Positions 16,906 through 24,046 of a stretch of DNA of 29,832 nucleotides are shown one piece after another (position 1 is the first letter of the stretch; the number at the start of each line of letters is the position of its first letter). The notes under the pieces are model-generated. The model saw only the letters and a list, made by a program, of their open reading frames with translations, was not told where the DNA came from and ran no database searches. The stretch spans positions 1 through 29,832 of the IMG/VR virus record IMGVR_UViG_3300042940_001590. One strand, given 5' to 3'. This stretch comes from a virus. Lineage: Duplodnaviria; Caudoviricetes. The translations under genes were made by a program, and so were the position numbers.

Positions 16906-17202
16906 TTAATTATCCATTCGTTCGTCTTCCAATGCTTGCTGATGCCATTCGTAGGCATCGTGACTAGGCTCGGTAAGTTCGTGCCAATCGTCTTGTTGGA
17001 TGAACCATTCGTGAACTTCTTGCTTGATTGATTTAAGCACTTGCGGTTGTAAGACAATCGGATCGTCGTTGGCATCGTAAAAAGTCTCGTCTTTTAACGT
17101 TAACTCATAATCATCAACCTCAAAGTTAAAAGCGAAGTCACCACCGTTGTACTTGCCATATACGCAATTGATCGAGCGGTCTATTTCTAGGTTGGTTGTC
17201 AT
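16906..17202 (-). CDS. Acidic hypothetical protein
   Basis: 98 aa, very D/E-rich. Confidence 0.7.
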   Translation of the reverse strand: MTTNLEIDRSINCVYGKYNGGDFAFNFEVDDYELTLKDETFYDANDDPIVLQPQVLKSIKQEVHEWFIQQDDWHELTEPSHDAYEWHQQALEDERMDN

Positions 17203-17207
17203 GGTTT

Positions 17208-17591
17208 CTAAATTCTATTGGTCGGAATTCTAAGAACAGCGTAAGGAAATTCATCATCAAAATCATGCTGTTTTTCTTTTATCTCATCCGAGAAGCCAAT
17301 ACTTCTATTACTATTTCCTACAGCTATTGGGAAATTAACATCTTGATACATCCATTTGAATGGAATTCTAGCGCCCATCTCTCTATTACCGATTATTAAT
17401 GTACATTGATTAATGTACCACTCAATGTGATATTCTTGACCATTCACCTCGAATTTAATATATCGATTATGATTGAAAATAGCATTAGGAAGTATAGTTG
17501 GCTTAACGAATTTTACTTCGAGTTTTTCAAGAAATTCACATATTAATTCTCTTCCGTTTTCTTGACAGGCGTTTACTTTAAATATATTCAT
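17208..17591 (-). CDS. Hypothetical protein
   Basis: 127-aa ORF. Confidence 0.7.
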   Translation of the reverse strand: MNIFKVNACQENGRELICEFLEKLEVKFVKPTILPNAIFNHNRYIKFEVNGQEYHIEWYINQCTLIIGNREMGARIPFKWMYQDVNFPIAVGNSNRSIGFSDEIKEKQHDFDDEFPYAVLRIPTNRI

Positions 17592-17613
17592 GATTTTTTT
17601 TTTTCTAAAAAAC

Positions 17614-17638
17614 GCCTACTCTTTTCAGGATTTTCGGC
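17614..17638 (-). other. Repeated 5'-UTR hairpin motif GYCGAAAAUC...AGAGUAGGC, copy 1
   Basis: GCCGAAAATCCTGAAAAGAGTAGGC, 22 nt upstream of ATG 17591. Confidence 0.55.
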
Positions 17639-17653
17639 AACCTCCTTTTTTGT

Positions 17654-17902
17654 TTACTGATTTACAAGGATGATATCCTCGAAAGCAATGAATTCACTCG
17701 ATAGATGAATATCACCGTAAAAAGTATGGAATTTAAAACCAGTATCTTCTAGGATTATTGTACATGTTTTATCCAGTGAATTAGCCTCTCTGATAGCATA
17801 TACACTACCTCCGATGTGTTGCGCTTTGTAAAGCGTTTTACCATACGCAAACTTTATGTGTTTGCCTTGGTCTAAGAATTGTTTTTTGTTCATTCTGCTC
17901 AT
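17654..17902 (-). CDS. Hypothetical protein
   Basis: ATG 17902 (MSRMNKKQF) after promoter E. Confidence 0.7.
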   Translation of the reverse strand: MSRMNKKQFLDQGKHIKFAYGKTLYKAQHIGGSVYAIREANSLDKTCTIILEDTGFKFHTFYGDIHLSSEFIAFEDIILVNQ

Positions 17903-17926
17903 GATCTTTTCGTTTTTGTTATACAG

Positions 17927-17995
17927 CAAAGATAAAGCGTGTTAATCGTTTCTGAACTAATTTATGATGAGTGGCAAAACAAACTGACAAGCGGT
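17927..17995 (-). promoter_or_regulatory. LytTR-box promoter E
   Basis: ACCGCTTGTCA (17995) and GCCACTCATCA (17975); TATCTTTG starts at 17934 (41 bp). Confidence 0.8.
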
Positions 17996-18001
17996 AAATT
18001 T

Positions 18002-18028
18002 AAAAGGGAGGTTCCGAAACCTCCCTTT
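18002..18028. terminator. Intrinsic terminator (possibly bidirectional)
   Basis: AAAAGGGAGGTT-CCGA-AACCTCCCTTT. Confidence 0.8.
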
Positions 18029-18072
18029 AACCTAAATCACTATTCACTGAAAACTGCTTACCACGGCAGTAT

Positions 18073-18207
18073 TTACTTGATGTTATGCTTGCGCTTAAAC
18101 TCGTCTATTTGTTGTTGAGCCTTCGCCCAATCATCCCAACGTTGATTCTGTTTGTAGAAGTCGCTCCAGGCAAACAAGCATTCAAGTTTTTTAGTCACAT
18201 TATTCAT
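18073..18207 (-). CDS. Small hypothetical protein (44 aa)
   Basis: Not in the track: MNNVTKKLECLFAWSDFYKQNQRWDDWAKAQQQIDEFKRKHNIK. It has its own -7 element (TACATTTG, 18309-18316) and terminator. Confidence 0.65.
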   Translation of the reverse strand: MNNVTKKLECLFAWSDFYKQNQRWDDWAKAQQQIDEFKRKHNIK

Positions 18208-18227
18208 GATAACTAGTTTTTAATTTC

Positions 18228-18250
18228 GCCTACTCTATAAGATTTTCGAC
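18228..18250 (-). other. Repeated 5'-UTR hairpin motif, copy 2
   Basis: GTCGAAAATCTTATAGAGTAGGC, 20 nt upstream of ATG 18207. Confidence 0.55.
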
Positions 18251-18319
18251 TTCCTCTTTTAGTAACGGTAAGCTATTCGGGTACGGTTATTATCACTTTG
18301 ATTCAATACAAATGTAATA

Positions 18320-18388
18320 AACGTTTATCATCTATTACAACCGCTCATCACATTAACGGATGTCAACGATTGCTATACCGTAACTTTG
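18320..18388 (+). promoter_or_regulatory. LytTR-box promoter F
   Basis: AACGTTTATCA (18320) and ACCGCTCATCA (18340); TAACTTTG starts at 18381 (41 bp). Confidence 0.8.
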
Positions 18389-18403
18389 GGGAAAATTGAA
18401 AGT

Positions 18404-18628
18404 ATGAGTAAACTAGGAAAAGAACCAATTAATCCTGTAAATCCAATCAAATTTGAAGATGGTTCAGGAAGTTATAACGGCTTAACAAAGCGTGAACATT
18501 TCGCTGGTTTAGCTATGCAGGGTTTAATAGCAAATGCGCCTAATGGTCATTTAAGCAACTCAAAGCAAGGTGTTGAACTTGCTATACGGTGGACAGACGA
18601 ACTTCTAAAACAACTGAACGATGAGTGA
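18404..18628 (+). CDS. Conserved phage hypothetical protein (GLTKREHFAGLAMQG type)
   Basis: Motif widespread in phage early genes; ATG 18404 lies after promoter F. Confidence 0.8.
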   Translation: MSKLGKEPINPVNPIKFEDGSGSYNGLTKREHFAGLAMQGLIANAPNGHLSNSKQGVELAIRWTDELLKQLNDE

Positions 18629-18718
18629 AGTAGCCATAAATTATTCATCAAGTAAAAAAGTAGGCGATAGCGTTCAGTGGACTTCCGATAAAAAAGCAAT
18701 TAATCTAAATTAAAAAAC

Positions 18719-18943
18719 ATGAGTGAGGAAATAAGTTTAAAAATATCGTGTGAAGGAGTTGAAATAAGCCCGAACGGTTATAGATCAATTGATCTTGATA
18801 TCACAGCGATTAATTCATATTCAATTTTAGAGCAATTCGACATTGATACTGTGATCCAATTTTTTACAATCGATGCGTTGCTAGAAAAAATTGGAGCAGA
18901 CGAGTGTAAAGAGTATTTTGACTTAACAGACAAAACAAGATGA
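18719..18943 (+). CDS. Acidic hypothetical protein
   Basis: 74-aa ORF with an A-rich leader. Confidence 0.7.
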   Translation: MSEEISLKISCEGVEISPNGYRSIDLDITAINSYSILEQFDIDTVIQFFTIDALLEKIGADECKEYFDLTDKTR

Positions 18944-19299
18944 GCAATAGATATTTATTCCGTGGTAAGCTAAAAGAAGATAGCCAATCATTTAAGACAT
19001 ATAAGGCAGGATCGACTATTTTTGGTGGCATTTACTATGAGGGATCAAAAGTTTTTATAATAGCACATTCAAACATATTCGAAGTCATCCCCGAAACAGT
19101 CGGGCAATGCTGTTATACGTTGAAAGACGGAACAAAAGTTTTTAAAGGTGATCGTGTTAAGGTTAAAGGAATGAAAAGAACGGGGGTTTATGAAACAAAA
19201 ATTATCGCATCGATTCAAGGGTTCACGCTTGAGGAAAATAAAACGTATCTAGGTGCTGATTCTTGTTTCATTGCTATCATTGAAGTAATCCACGACTAA
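18940..19299 (+). CDS. YopX-family protein
   Basis: YLFRGK...EVIPETVGQC...KDGTKVFKGDRV...IEVIHD. Confidence 0.8.
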   Translation: MSNRYLFRGKLKEDSQSFKTYKAGSTIFGGIYYEGSKVFIIAHSNIFEVIPETVGQCCYTLKDGTKVFKGDRVKVKGMKRTGVYETKIIASIQGFTLEENKTYLGADSCFIAIIEVIHD

Positions 19300-19309
19300 C
19301 AAAAAAGAT

Positions 19310-19474
19310 ATGAAAGACATAATTCAAACAATTGGTGGTTTTTTAATCGTGATAATTTTTCCTTTGTTGATCTGTTCGCTTTGGATTGATGAGCAAATTC
19401 TAATAAAACTTGTTGTGACTAATCTTGTTTTGATAGTTCTTATTAAAGTTATTGACGGATCGATGAAAGACTAA
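19310..19474 (+). CDS. Small two-TM membrane protein (54 aa)
   Basis: Not in the track: MKDIIQTIGGFLIVIIFPLLICSLWIDEQILIKLVVTNLVLIVLIKVIDGSMKD. Confidence 0.65.
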   Translation: MKDIIQTIGGFLIVIIFPLLICSLWIDEQILIKLVVTNLVLIVLIKVIDGSMKD

Positions 19475-19498
19475 AAAAGCCCCTTTTAACGGGGGCTT
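19473..19498 (-). terminator. Intrinsic terminator between convergent operons
   Basis: Minus-strand AAGCCCCCGTTAAAAGGGGCTTTTTT. Confidence 0.8.
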
Positions 19499-19541
19499 AA
19501 AACGAAAGTATGAAAGAGCCAAAAGGCTCGTAAAGGTAGGG

Positions 19542-19832
19542 TTATTTATCGTTCTTTTCGAGATACTTTAAAATTTGTTTATTCGTGTTGGTATTTTCTT
19601 CAACTTGGTTAAGCAAAACTCTAATCAACTGCTCATTACATTGCAAGCTCTCAACACGCGATTGTTCACGGTCTTTCTTATCCTGTATGCGATCCTCATT
19701 AATCCATGAATAGAACGCATAAGCAGTAACTAAAAGCACTATCAAACCAACAACCCTGCTATTTGCTATCTGAATAATTGAATCAATCTTAAAAGAACCC
19801 GTAGGTCTATTCACGTCTTGAATTGGCGACAT
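19542..19832 (-). CDS. Putative holin-like single-TM protein with a coiled-coil tail
   Basis: One TM segment (VVGLIVLLVTAYAFYSWI) followed by a charged helix; late-gene orientation. Confidence 0.5.
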   Translation of the reverse strand: MSPIQDVNRPTGSFKIDSIIQIANSRVVGLIVLLVTAYAFYSWINEDRIQDKKDREQSRVESLQCNEQLIRVLLNQVEENTNTNKQILKYLEKNDK

Positions 19833-20169
19833 ATAAAACTAAAATAGTGGTTGCTAAATAGAATAGTATCTGAATAAAAGATGCATCAACATTAAGCCCG
19901 ATCAATTCTTTCACTAAGTTCATAGCGTAACCGCTCGCAAACAATGTAGCTCCTATCTTACCTATCAACGGCACTCGTCCAACTGAAATAAAATAGCAAA
20001 GTGAACCCGAGCAAAAGAAATTTCCAATCGCCTCAATATTGAAACAAAAATCGTTGCTTTCGGTATATGGTGAAGTGTTCGGATCGAAGCCAATAAAAGC
20101 AATGTTAATCAGCAACACACCGATTACACTTACCCAACCAATAAGAACGTCAAGATACCAACTCTTCAT
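19807..20169 (-). CDS. Four-TM membrane protein
   Basis: Four hydrophobic segments in 120 aa. Confidence 0.7.
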   Translation of the reverse strand: MKSWYLDVLIGWVSVIGVLLINIAFIGFDPNTSPYTESNDFCFNIEAIGNFFCSGSLCYFISVGRVPLIGKIGATLFASGYAMNLVKELIGLNVDASFIQILFYLATTILVLYVANSRRE

Positions 20170-20171
20170 TC

Positions 20172-20345
20172 TTATTTCTTTGGTTTACGCCCGATCCAAT
20201 TTGAGGTATCAGTGCCTAATGGATCAGTAGTTTTTAATGTCCACTCAGTATCGGCATTCGTTTCTACTTCAACGGGGTAACTTGAATCAAACCCGACCGT
20301 CTGAATCACCCCGCTGTTGTCCTTGTATTTAATTGTCTTTGGCAT
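20172..20345 (-). CDS. Small protein (57 aa) heading the membrane-protein cassette
   Basis: Not in the track: MPKTIKYKDNSGVIQTVGFDSSYPVEVETNADTEWTLKTTDPLGTDTSNWIGRKPKK; ends 2 nt before the next ATG. Confidence 0.7.
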   Translation of the reverse strand: MPKTIKYKDNSGVIQTVGFDSSYPVEVETNADTEWTLKTTDPLGTDTSNWIGRKPKK

Positions 20346-20374
20346 ATCAAAGGATTTTCGGCTAATTTACAAAA

Positions 20375-20444
20375 ACCGTTTATACTTTTCTACAACCGTT
20401 CATCATTTTGTGTATTGTTGTTTTAAAACAACCACCTATATTTG
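20375..20444 (+). promoter_or_regulatory. LytTR-box promoter G
   Basis: ACCGTTTAT (20375) and ACCGTTCATCA (20395); TATATTTG starts at 20437 (42 bp). Confidence 0.85.
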
Positions 20445-20472
20445 TTCTATACAAAACGAAAAACAAACGATT

Positions 20473-20775
20473 ATGGCAACTGCAAAATTTGAATTGAAAG
20501 CTTGGTTAACTGAAAACAAAGAAACTGTTATCGCGAAATATAACCAGTTATCAACTGAGCAGTTCTTCGACGGTGTTACGGTTAAAGATTTCATGGTTGA
20601 AGTTATGCAAGGAATGACTAACAACAATTGCAAAAGCGCAAATAAAGCATCTAGCGTTTTACCTTTCGTTATGGGCGACATCTACTTTAACCACTCTACT
20701 GTTGAAGCATTCGACACAATGACGGCTCGTTTGAAATCACAAGCGCCTAACCAACAATGGGCGGCGATAATTTAA
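20473..20775 (+). CDS. Hypothetical protein
   Basis: ATG 20473 (MATAKFELKAW) after promoter G. Confidence 0.75.
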   Translation: MATAKFELKAWLTENKETVIAKYNQLSTEQFFDGVTVKDFMVEVMQGMTNNNCKSANKASSVLPFVMGDIYFNHSTVEAFDTMTARLKSQAPNQQWAAII

Positions 20776-20800
20776 TCATCAACTATAATAACTAGAAATC

Positions 20801-20971
20801 ATGACAAACGACGAAAAACAATCAAAGGCAGAAAAAAAAGGGTATAAATTCCAATTCGTTCATAGTTCAGCAACTCAGCACCTCAGAACAGCACCCGTTA
20901 TTTTATCTAAAAACGGTAGACACATTGGAAAATACACTTGCTTAACTAACGCTTTAAAAGACGCAAAATGA
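20801..20971 (+). CDS. Small hypothetical protein (56 aa)
   Basis: Not in the track: MTNDEKQSKAEKKGYKFQFVHSS...; ATGA-coupled to the next gene. Confidence 0.65.
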   Translation: MTNDEKQSKAEKKGYKFQFVHSSATQHLRTAPVILSKNGRHIGKYTCLTNALKDAK

Positions 20972-21174
20972 AACAAATAACCCCCCAAGAATACTGTGAA
21001 CTAACTGGTAAAACGTACCAGTTAGTTCAGCGTTATCTAGCCGATGTAATAAGATTAAAGCAATTCGACACCGATCATTCCAACCGAAAACTATCAAGCC
21101 ATTTAAAATGGCTAGGAGCAGAAGATGTAGAGCAGTTTGGTAGATTTTACCTAATTACCATTAAAAACGATTAA
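20968..21174 (+). CDS. Small putative HTH DNA-binding protein
   Basis: ITPQEYCELTGKTYQLVQRYL...VEQFGRFYLI, an excisionase-like winged HTH pattern. Confidence 0.6.
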   Translation: MKQITPQEYCELTGKTYQLVQRYLADVIRLKQFDTDHSNRKLSSHLKWLGAEDVEQFGRFYLITIKND

Positions 21175-21225
21175 TCACCGCCTATCACAAAGTTTTATTT
21201 AAGACGGTTGATGTAAGTATCTTTG
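21157..21225 (+). promoter_or_regulatory. LytTR-box promoter H
   Basis: Weak ACCATTAAA (21157) and ACCGCCTATCACAA (21177); TATCTTTG starts at 21218 (41 bp). Confidence 0.8.
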
Positions 21226-21248
21226 GGTATAACAAAAACGGAAAGATT

Positions 21249-21650
21249 ATGAGCGTAGCAAACACAACAGGATTAAATCAAGACACGGTAAATCAATACC
21301 CCATTATCATATTTCAAAACATTGCTTCCAAAATGAATATCACTGAAAAATCGCACACAGTTGATCAGGCATTTATCCAATTCAAAGAACTTGGAGTTGA
21401 TGTTTACATAGAGAAAATGTATAAGGATCGGATTTCGCAAACGCTTAGAAACATATTAGAAGATGCTTATTTCGATCACGGTCATTTAGCAACGAAAATA
21501 TTACAATGCTTGGTTAGGCACGAAGATAACGAAAAGGTCATTGAGTTTATTCGTGAAATTTCATTTTTTCTTATGAACCCTTTGTTTTATAGAGTAGTAA
21601 ATTTTAATTCTACGGTTGAAAAACTGAATAAACTTCAAAATAACATATAA
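21249..21650 (+). CDS. Hypothetical protein
   Basis: 133-aa ORF after promoter H. Confidence 0.7.
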   Translation: MSVANTTGLNQDTVNQYPIIIFQNIASKMNITEKSHTVDQAFIQFKELGVDVYIEKMYKDRISQTLRNILEDAYFDHGHLATKILQCLVRHEDNEKVIEFIREISFFLMNPLFYRVVNFNSTVEKLNKLQNNI

Positions 21651-21685
21651 CTAAATCAGGGGAGCGACTGTAACGCGCATAAATT

Positions 21686-21934
21686 ATGAAAATAGACGAA
21701 GATAAAATAGCAGATGCGTGTAATGAATCCTATCAGCGAATAGGTGAAAACGCATATTTCGGAAACGGTTTTGAGGCGGGTGTACAATTCGCGGTCAAAT
21801 AACTCGAATCCGAAAAGCAGGAGTTGTTAAATTCGTTAATCGAGTTAGCTATGGCTAATCCAATTGATGACGAATACCACGAAAAGAAAATTAAAGCTTT
21901 ACTAACAATCAAAAAACATAACAATGGAATTTAA
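21686..21934 (+). pseudogene. Small phage gene interrupted by one in-frame TAA
   Basis: MKIDEDKIADACNE...GFEAGVQFAVK*LESEKQELLNSLIEL...NNGI; stop at 21800-21802. Confidence 0.65.
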
Positions 21935-22217
21935 AGGAACGAAAGGGAAGTGGGAATCAGAAGATTTTTCAAAAGAAGATTTTATCATTAAGTCAACCGA
22001 CGAAAATAATATGCGTACTGACGTTTGCTCAGTACATAAGTATTCATCTCATGATACAGATTTCGAGGCGTTAGCCAACGCCAAACTAATCGCTTGTGCG
22101 CCTGAGTTGTTGGAAATGCTAAAAAACATTCTACAAGCTGTTGAAAATAGTAATATCGAATCCGATGTAATATCAATTGAAGAATTAGAACAATTAATCA
22201 AACGCGCAACGGAATGA
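21924..22217 (+). CDS. Conserved phage hypothetical protein (ANAKLIACAPELLEML type)
   Basis: MEFKGTKGKW...ANAKLIACAPELLE motif. Confidence 0.85.
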   Translation: MEFKGTKGKWESEDFSKEDFIIKSTDENNMRTDVCSVHKYSSHDTDFEALANAKLIACAPELLEMLKNILQAVENSNIESDVISIEELEQLIKRATE

Positions 22218-22354
22218 AACACGAAGAACCAACAATAATCGACTTCCTGCTATTCAGGACTGATTATAAGTCTTTAGCACTACTCGCTTGGCTTTGGTCG
22301 TTCGCTGTAATATTTGGAACGGTAGGCGTGATATTTTGGCTGTATAATAATTGA
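22214..22354 (+). CDS. Small single-TM protein (46 aa)
   Basis: Not in the track: MKHEEPTIIDFLLFRTDYKSLALLAWLWSFAVIFGTVGVIFWLYNN; ATGA-coupled. Confidence 0.6.
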   Translation: MKHEEPTIIDFLLFRTDYKSLALLAWLWSFAVIFGTVGVIFWLYNN

Positions 22355-22357
22355 TGT

Positions 22358-22696
22358 ATGAAGAAAGAAGAAGTTAAAACATTATATCGTTGTATAATCG
22401 GAGTTGAATTAGAGAACTTTAACGCAATAGTAGATTTCGATGAATTTGAAGTAATCAAACATACAAAGTGTGGTTTTTGGATTCATGGTTACGGAAAGAA
22501 ACGATTTGTCCTAAACTCAGGAAATAGACGTTTTGCTTTTCCCACCAAAGAAGAAGCCGAAGTGAATTATATTTACCGTACACACAAAAGACTAAAGTAT
22601 TTAAAGACAGAAGTTGAATCGGTTGACGGAATAATAAAATCAAATATTTTCAAAGCCCTAATGAAGAAACACGAATTAATTGACGGTATATTTTAA
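22358..22696 (+). CDS. Conserved phage hypothetical protein
   Basis: VIKHTKCGFWI...RFAFPTKEEA motif. Confidence 0.75.
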   Translation: MKKEEVKTLYRCIIGVELENFNAIVDFDEFEVIKHTKCGFWIHGYGKKRFVLNSGNRRFAFPTKEEAEVNYIYRTHKRLKYLKTEVESVDGIIKSNIFKALMKKHELIDGIF

Positions 22697-22700
22697 AACA

Positions 22701-22725
22701 AAAAGGCGGGAATTAACCCGCCTTT
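22701..22725. terminator. Bidirectional intrinsic terminator
   Basis: AAAAGGCGGG-AATTAA-CCCGCCTTT between convergent genes. Confidence 0.85.
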
Positions 22726-22726
22726 C

Positions 22727-23143
22727 TTAATTTAATTCTATTTCTACTATTTCCATATCATCTTCTTTCAGACCAAAATATGATCCAGCTTCATTTGTTG
22801 AGGTGTAATCTATTTGAGAAATTATTTGTTCAGGAAATGAGTCAAACCAATCGTTAATAGTGCTTTCACCAAATATTGATCGGAATGTATTCATTTTATA
22901 TTCGGCTTCAATAGGAGAAACGTTTTTAATGTGTTTCAGCTTTTTTGATTCTGAATCATATTCCATAGCATCAACCATAAAACGGTAAACATTTCTAATA
23001 GATGGGTCTTTATGTGATCGTTTATCAAAATCAAATCCACCTCTCCTAACCTGAAAGTAAATTTGTACTTCAATACTTGGTTGGCTTCCTAGTTGAATTG
23101 TTACCGGACTAATTGTCCTTACTATTCTTCTTGTTTCTGTCAT
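22727..23143 (-). CDS. Hypothetical protein, possible tail-fibre partner or chaperone
   Basis: 138 aa directly downstream of the fibre gene. Confidence 0.6.
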   Translation of the reverse strand: MTETRRIVRTISPVTIQLGSQPSIEVQIYFQVRRGGFDFDKRSHKDPSIRNVYRFMVDAMEYDSESKKLKHIKNVSPIEAEYKMNTFRSIFGESTINDWFDSFPEQIISQIDYTSTNEAGSYFGLKEDDMEIVEIELN

Positions 23144-23161
23144 TATTATTTGTGTTAGTTG

Positions 23162-24046
23162 TTAAATTAGTACAACGGTTTTCCATGAAGAACCATCATA
23201 AGCCATGAATGAAGATAAATCTGTATCGAATACCATAAGTCCGCCTACAGGGCTTGAAATAGCTGTTCTTTGAGATGTTGTCATTCTTGGGAAAAGTAAT
23301 CCTCCAGTCGTGCTATTAATATCTAATACAGCACAATTAGCCCTAGAATTAAAGGTGTTATAATCTTGAATTACTCCTTTTCCATTTATTGTTAATGCCG
23401 TTCCCGATGATCCCGTTACCTTTCCTTCAATTCCTATTGCATCTCCAAGAGCTGAAATTCCAGTTCCACCTCCAGCTTGACACGTGAACTGACCTCCCTT
23501 TCCATTTGCCCCCGATGAAGTTGATACAAGTCCTTTTGATGCAGAATTAGTTGCTTCGACATTGATACCAACATCTTTTCCACTACCATAAACTTGTAAC
23601 CTTATATTAGATTGTGGCGCATCACCAATACCCATGCTGTTGTAAAATCTAGTACTTCGATCACCATAAATAACATGAGCAACTCCGCTTGATGTTGAAA
23701 ACACATAATCTTGATCCCCAAAAACAGTTCCAGCTGTTGTTACTGAAAATGAATCAATAGCTGAAAATTCTAAGGAGTAACCATCGCCATTCAGTGTTCT
23801 ATTTGACGTTAAAGAATCATCTGATGTGTAAATTGTGTTAATTGTTGGGGGTGTTGGAACAAAATCTAAAGCCGAAAACGCATCTGTTCCGTTAGCTATC
23901 TTAAACCGCGGTTGATCTGTTCCAGTATAAAAGTTATCCGTTACTTGCAAGTGCATTCCCGCAGGATAAACCACCGAATCCGAAGCCCACCCTGCCGTTG
24001 TGTTGCGTTTAACAGGAACGGGAATATTTATGTTGTATGTTGTCAT
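23162..24046 (-). CDS. Tail fibre / receptor-binding protein with an Mtd_N-like N-terminus
   Basis: VKRNTTAGWAS...RFKIANGTDAFSALDF at the N-terminus, Gly-rich beta repeats, C-terminal LDINSTTGGLLFPRMTTSQR...YDGSSW module. ATG 24046 overlaps the upstream stop. Confidence 0.75.
   Translation of the reverse strand: MTTYNINIPVPVKRNTTAGWASDSVVYPAGMHLQVTDNFYTGTDQPRFKIANGTDAFSALDFVPTPPTINTIYTSDDSLTSNRTLNGDGYSLEFSAIDSFSVTTAGTVFGDQDYVFSTSSGVAHVIYGDRSTRFYNSMGIGDAPQSNIRLQVYGSGKDVGINVEATNSASKGLVSTSSGANGKGGQFTCQAGGGTGISALGDAIGIEGKVTGSSGTALTINGKGVIQDYNTFNSRANCAVLDINSTTGGLLFPRMTTSQRTAISSPVGGLMVFDTDLSSFMAYDGSSWKTVVLI

Noticed and set aside
18262-18290. ACCGTACCC/ACCGTTACT pair on the minus strand
   Set aside because: The period is 18 rather than 20 bp and there is no properly spaced -7 element. 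It may be part of a leader RNA.
18621-18713. 30-codon ORF MSEVAINYSSSKKVGDSVQW...
   Set aside because: It fills a gap plausibly but is too short to support without homology, and may be a gene remnant.
23162-24046. Diversity-generating retroelement suggested by the Mtd_N-like domain
   Set aside because: No reverse transcriptase and no TR/VR repeat pair are visible in the window.
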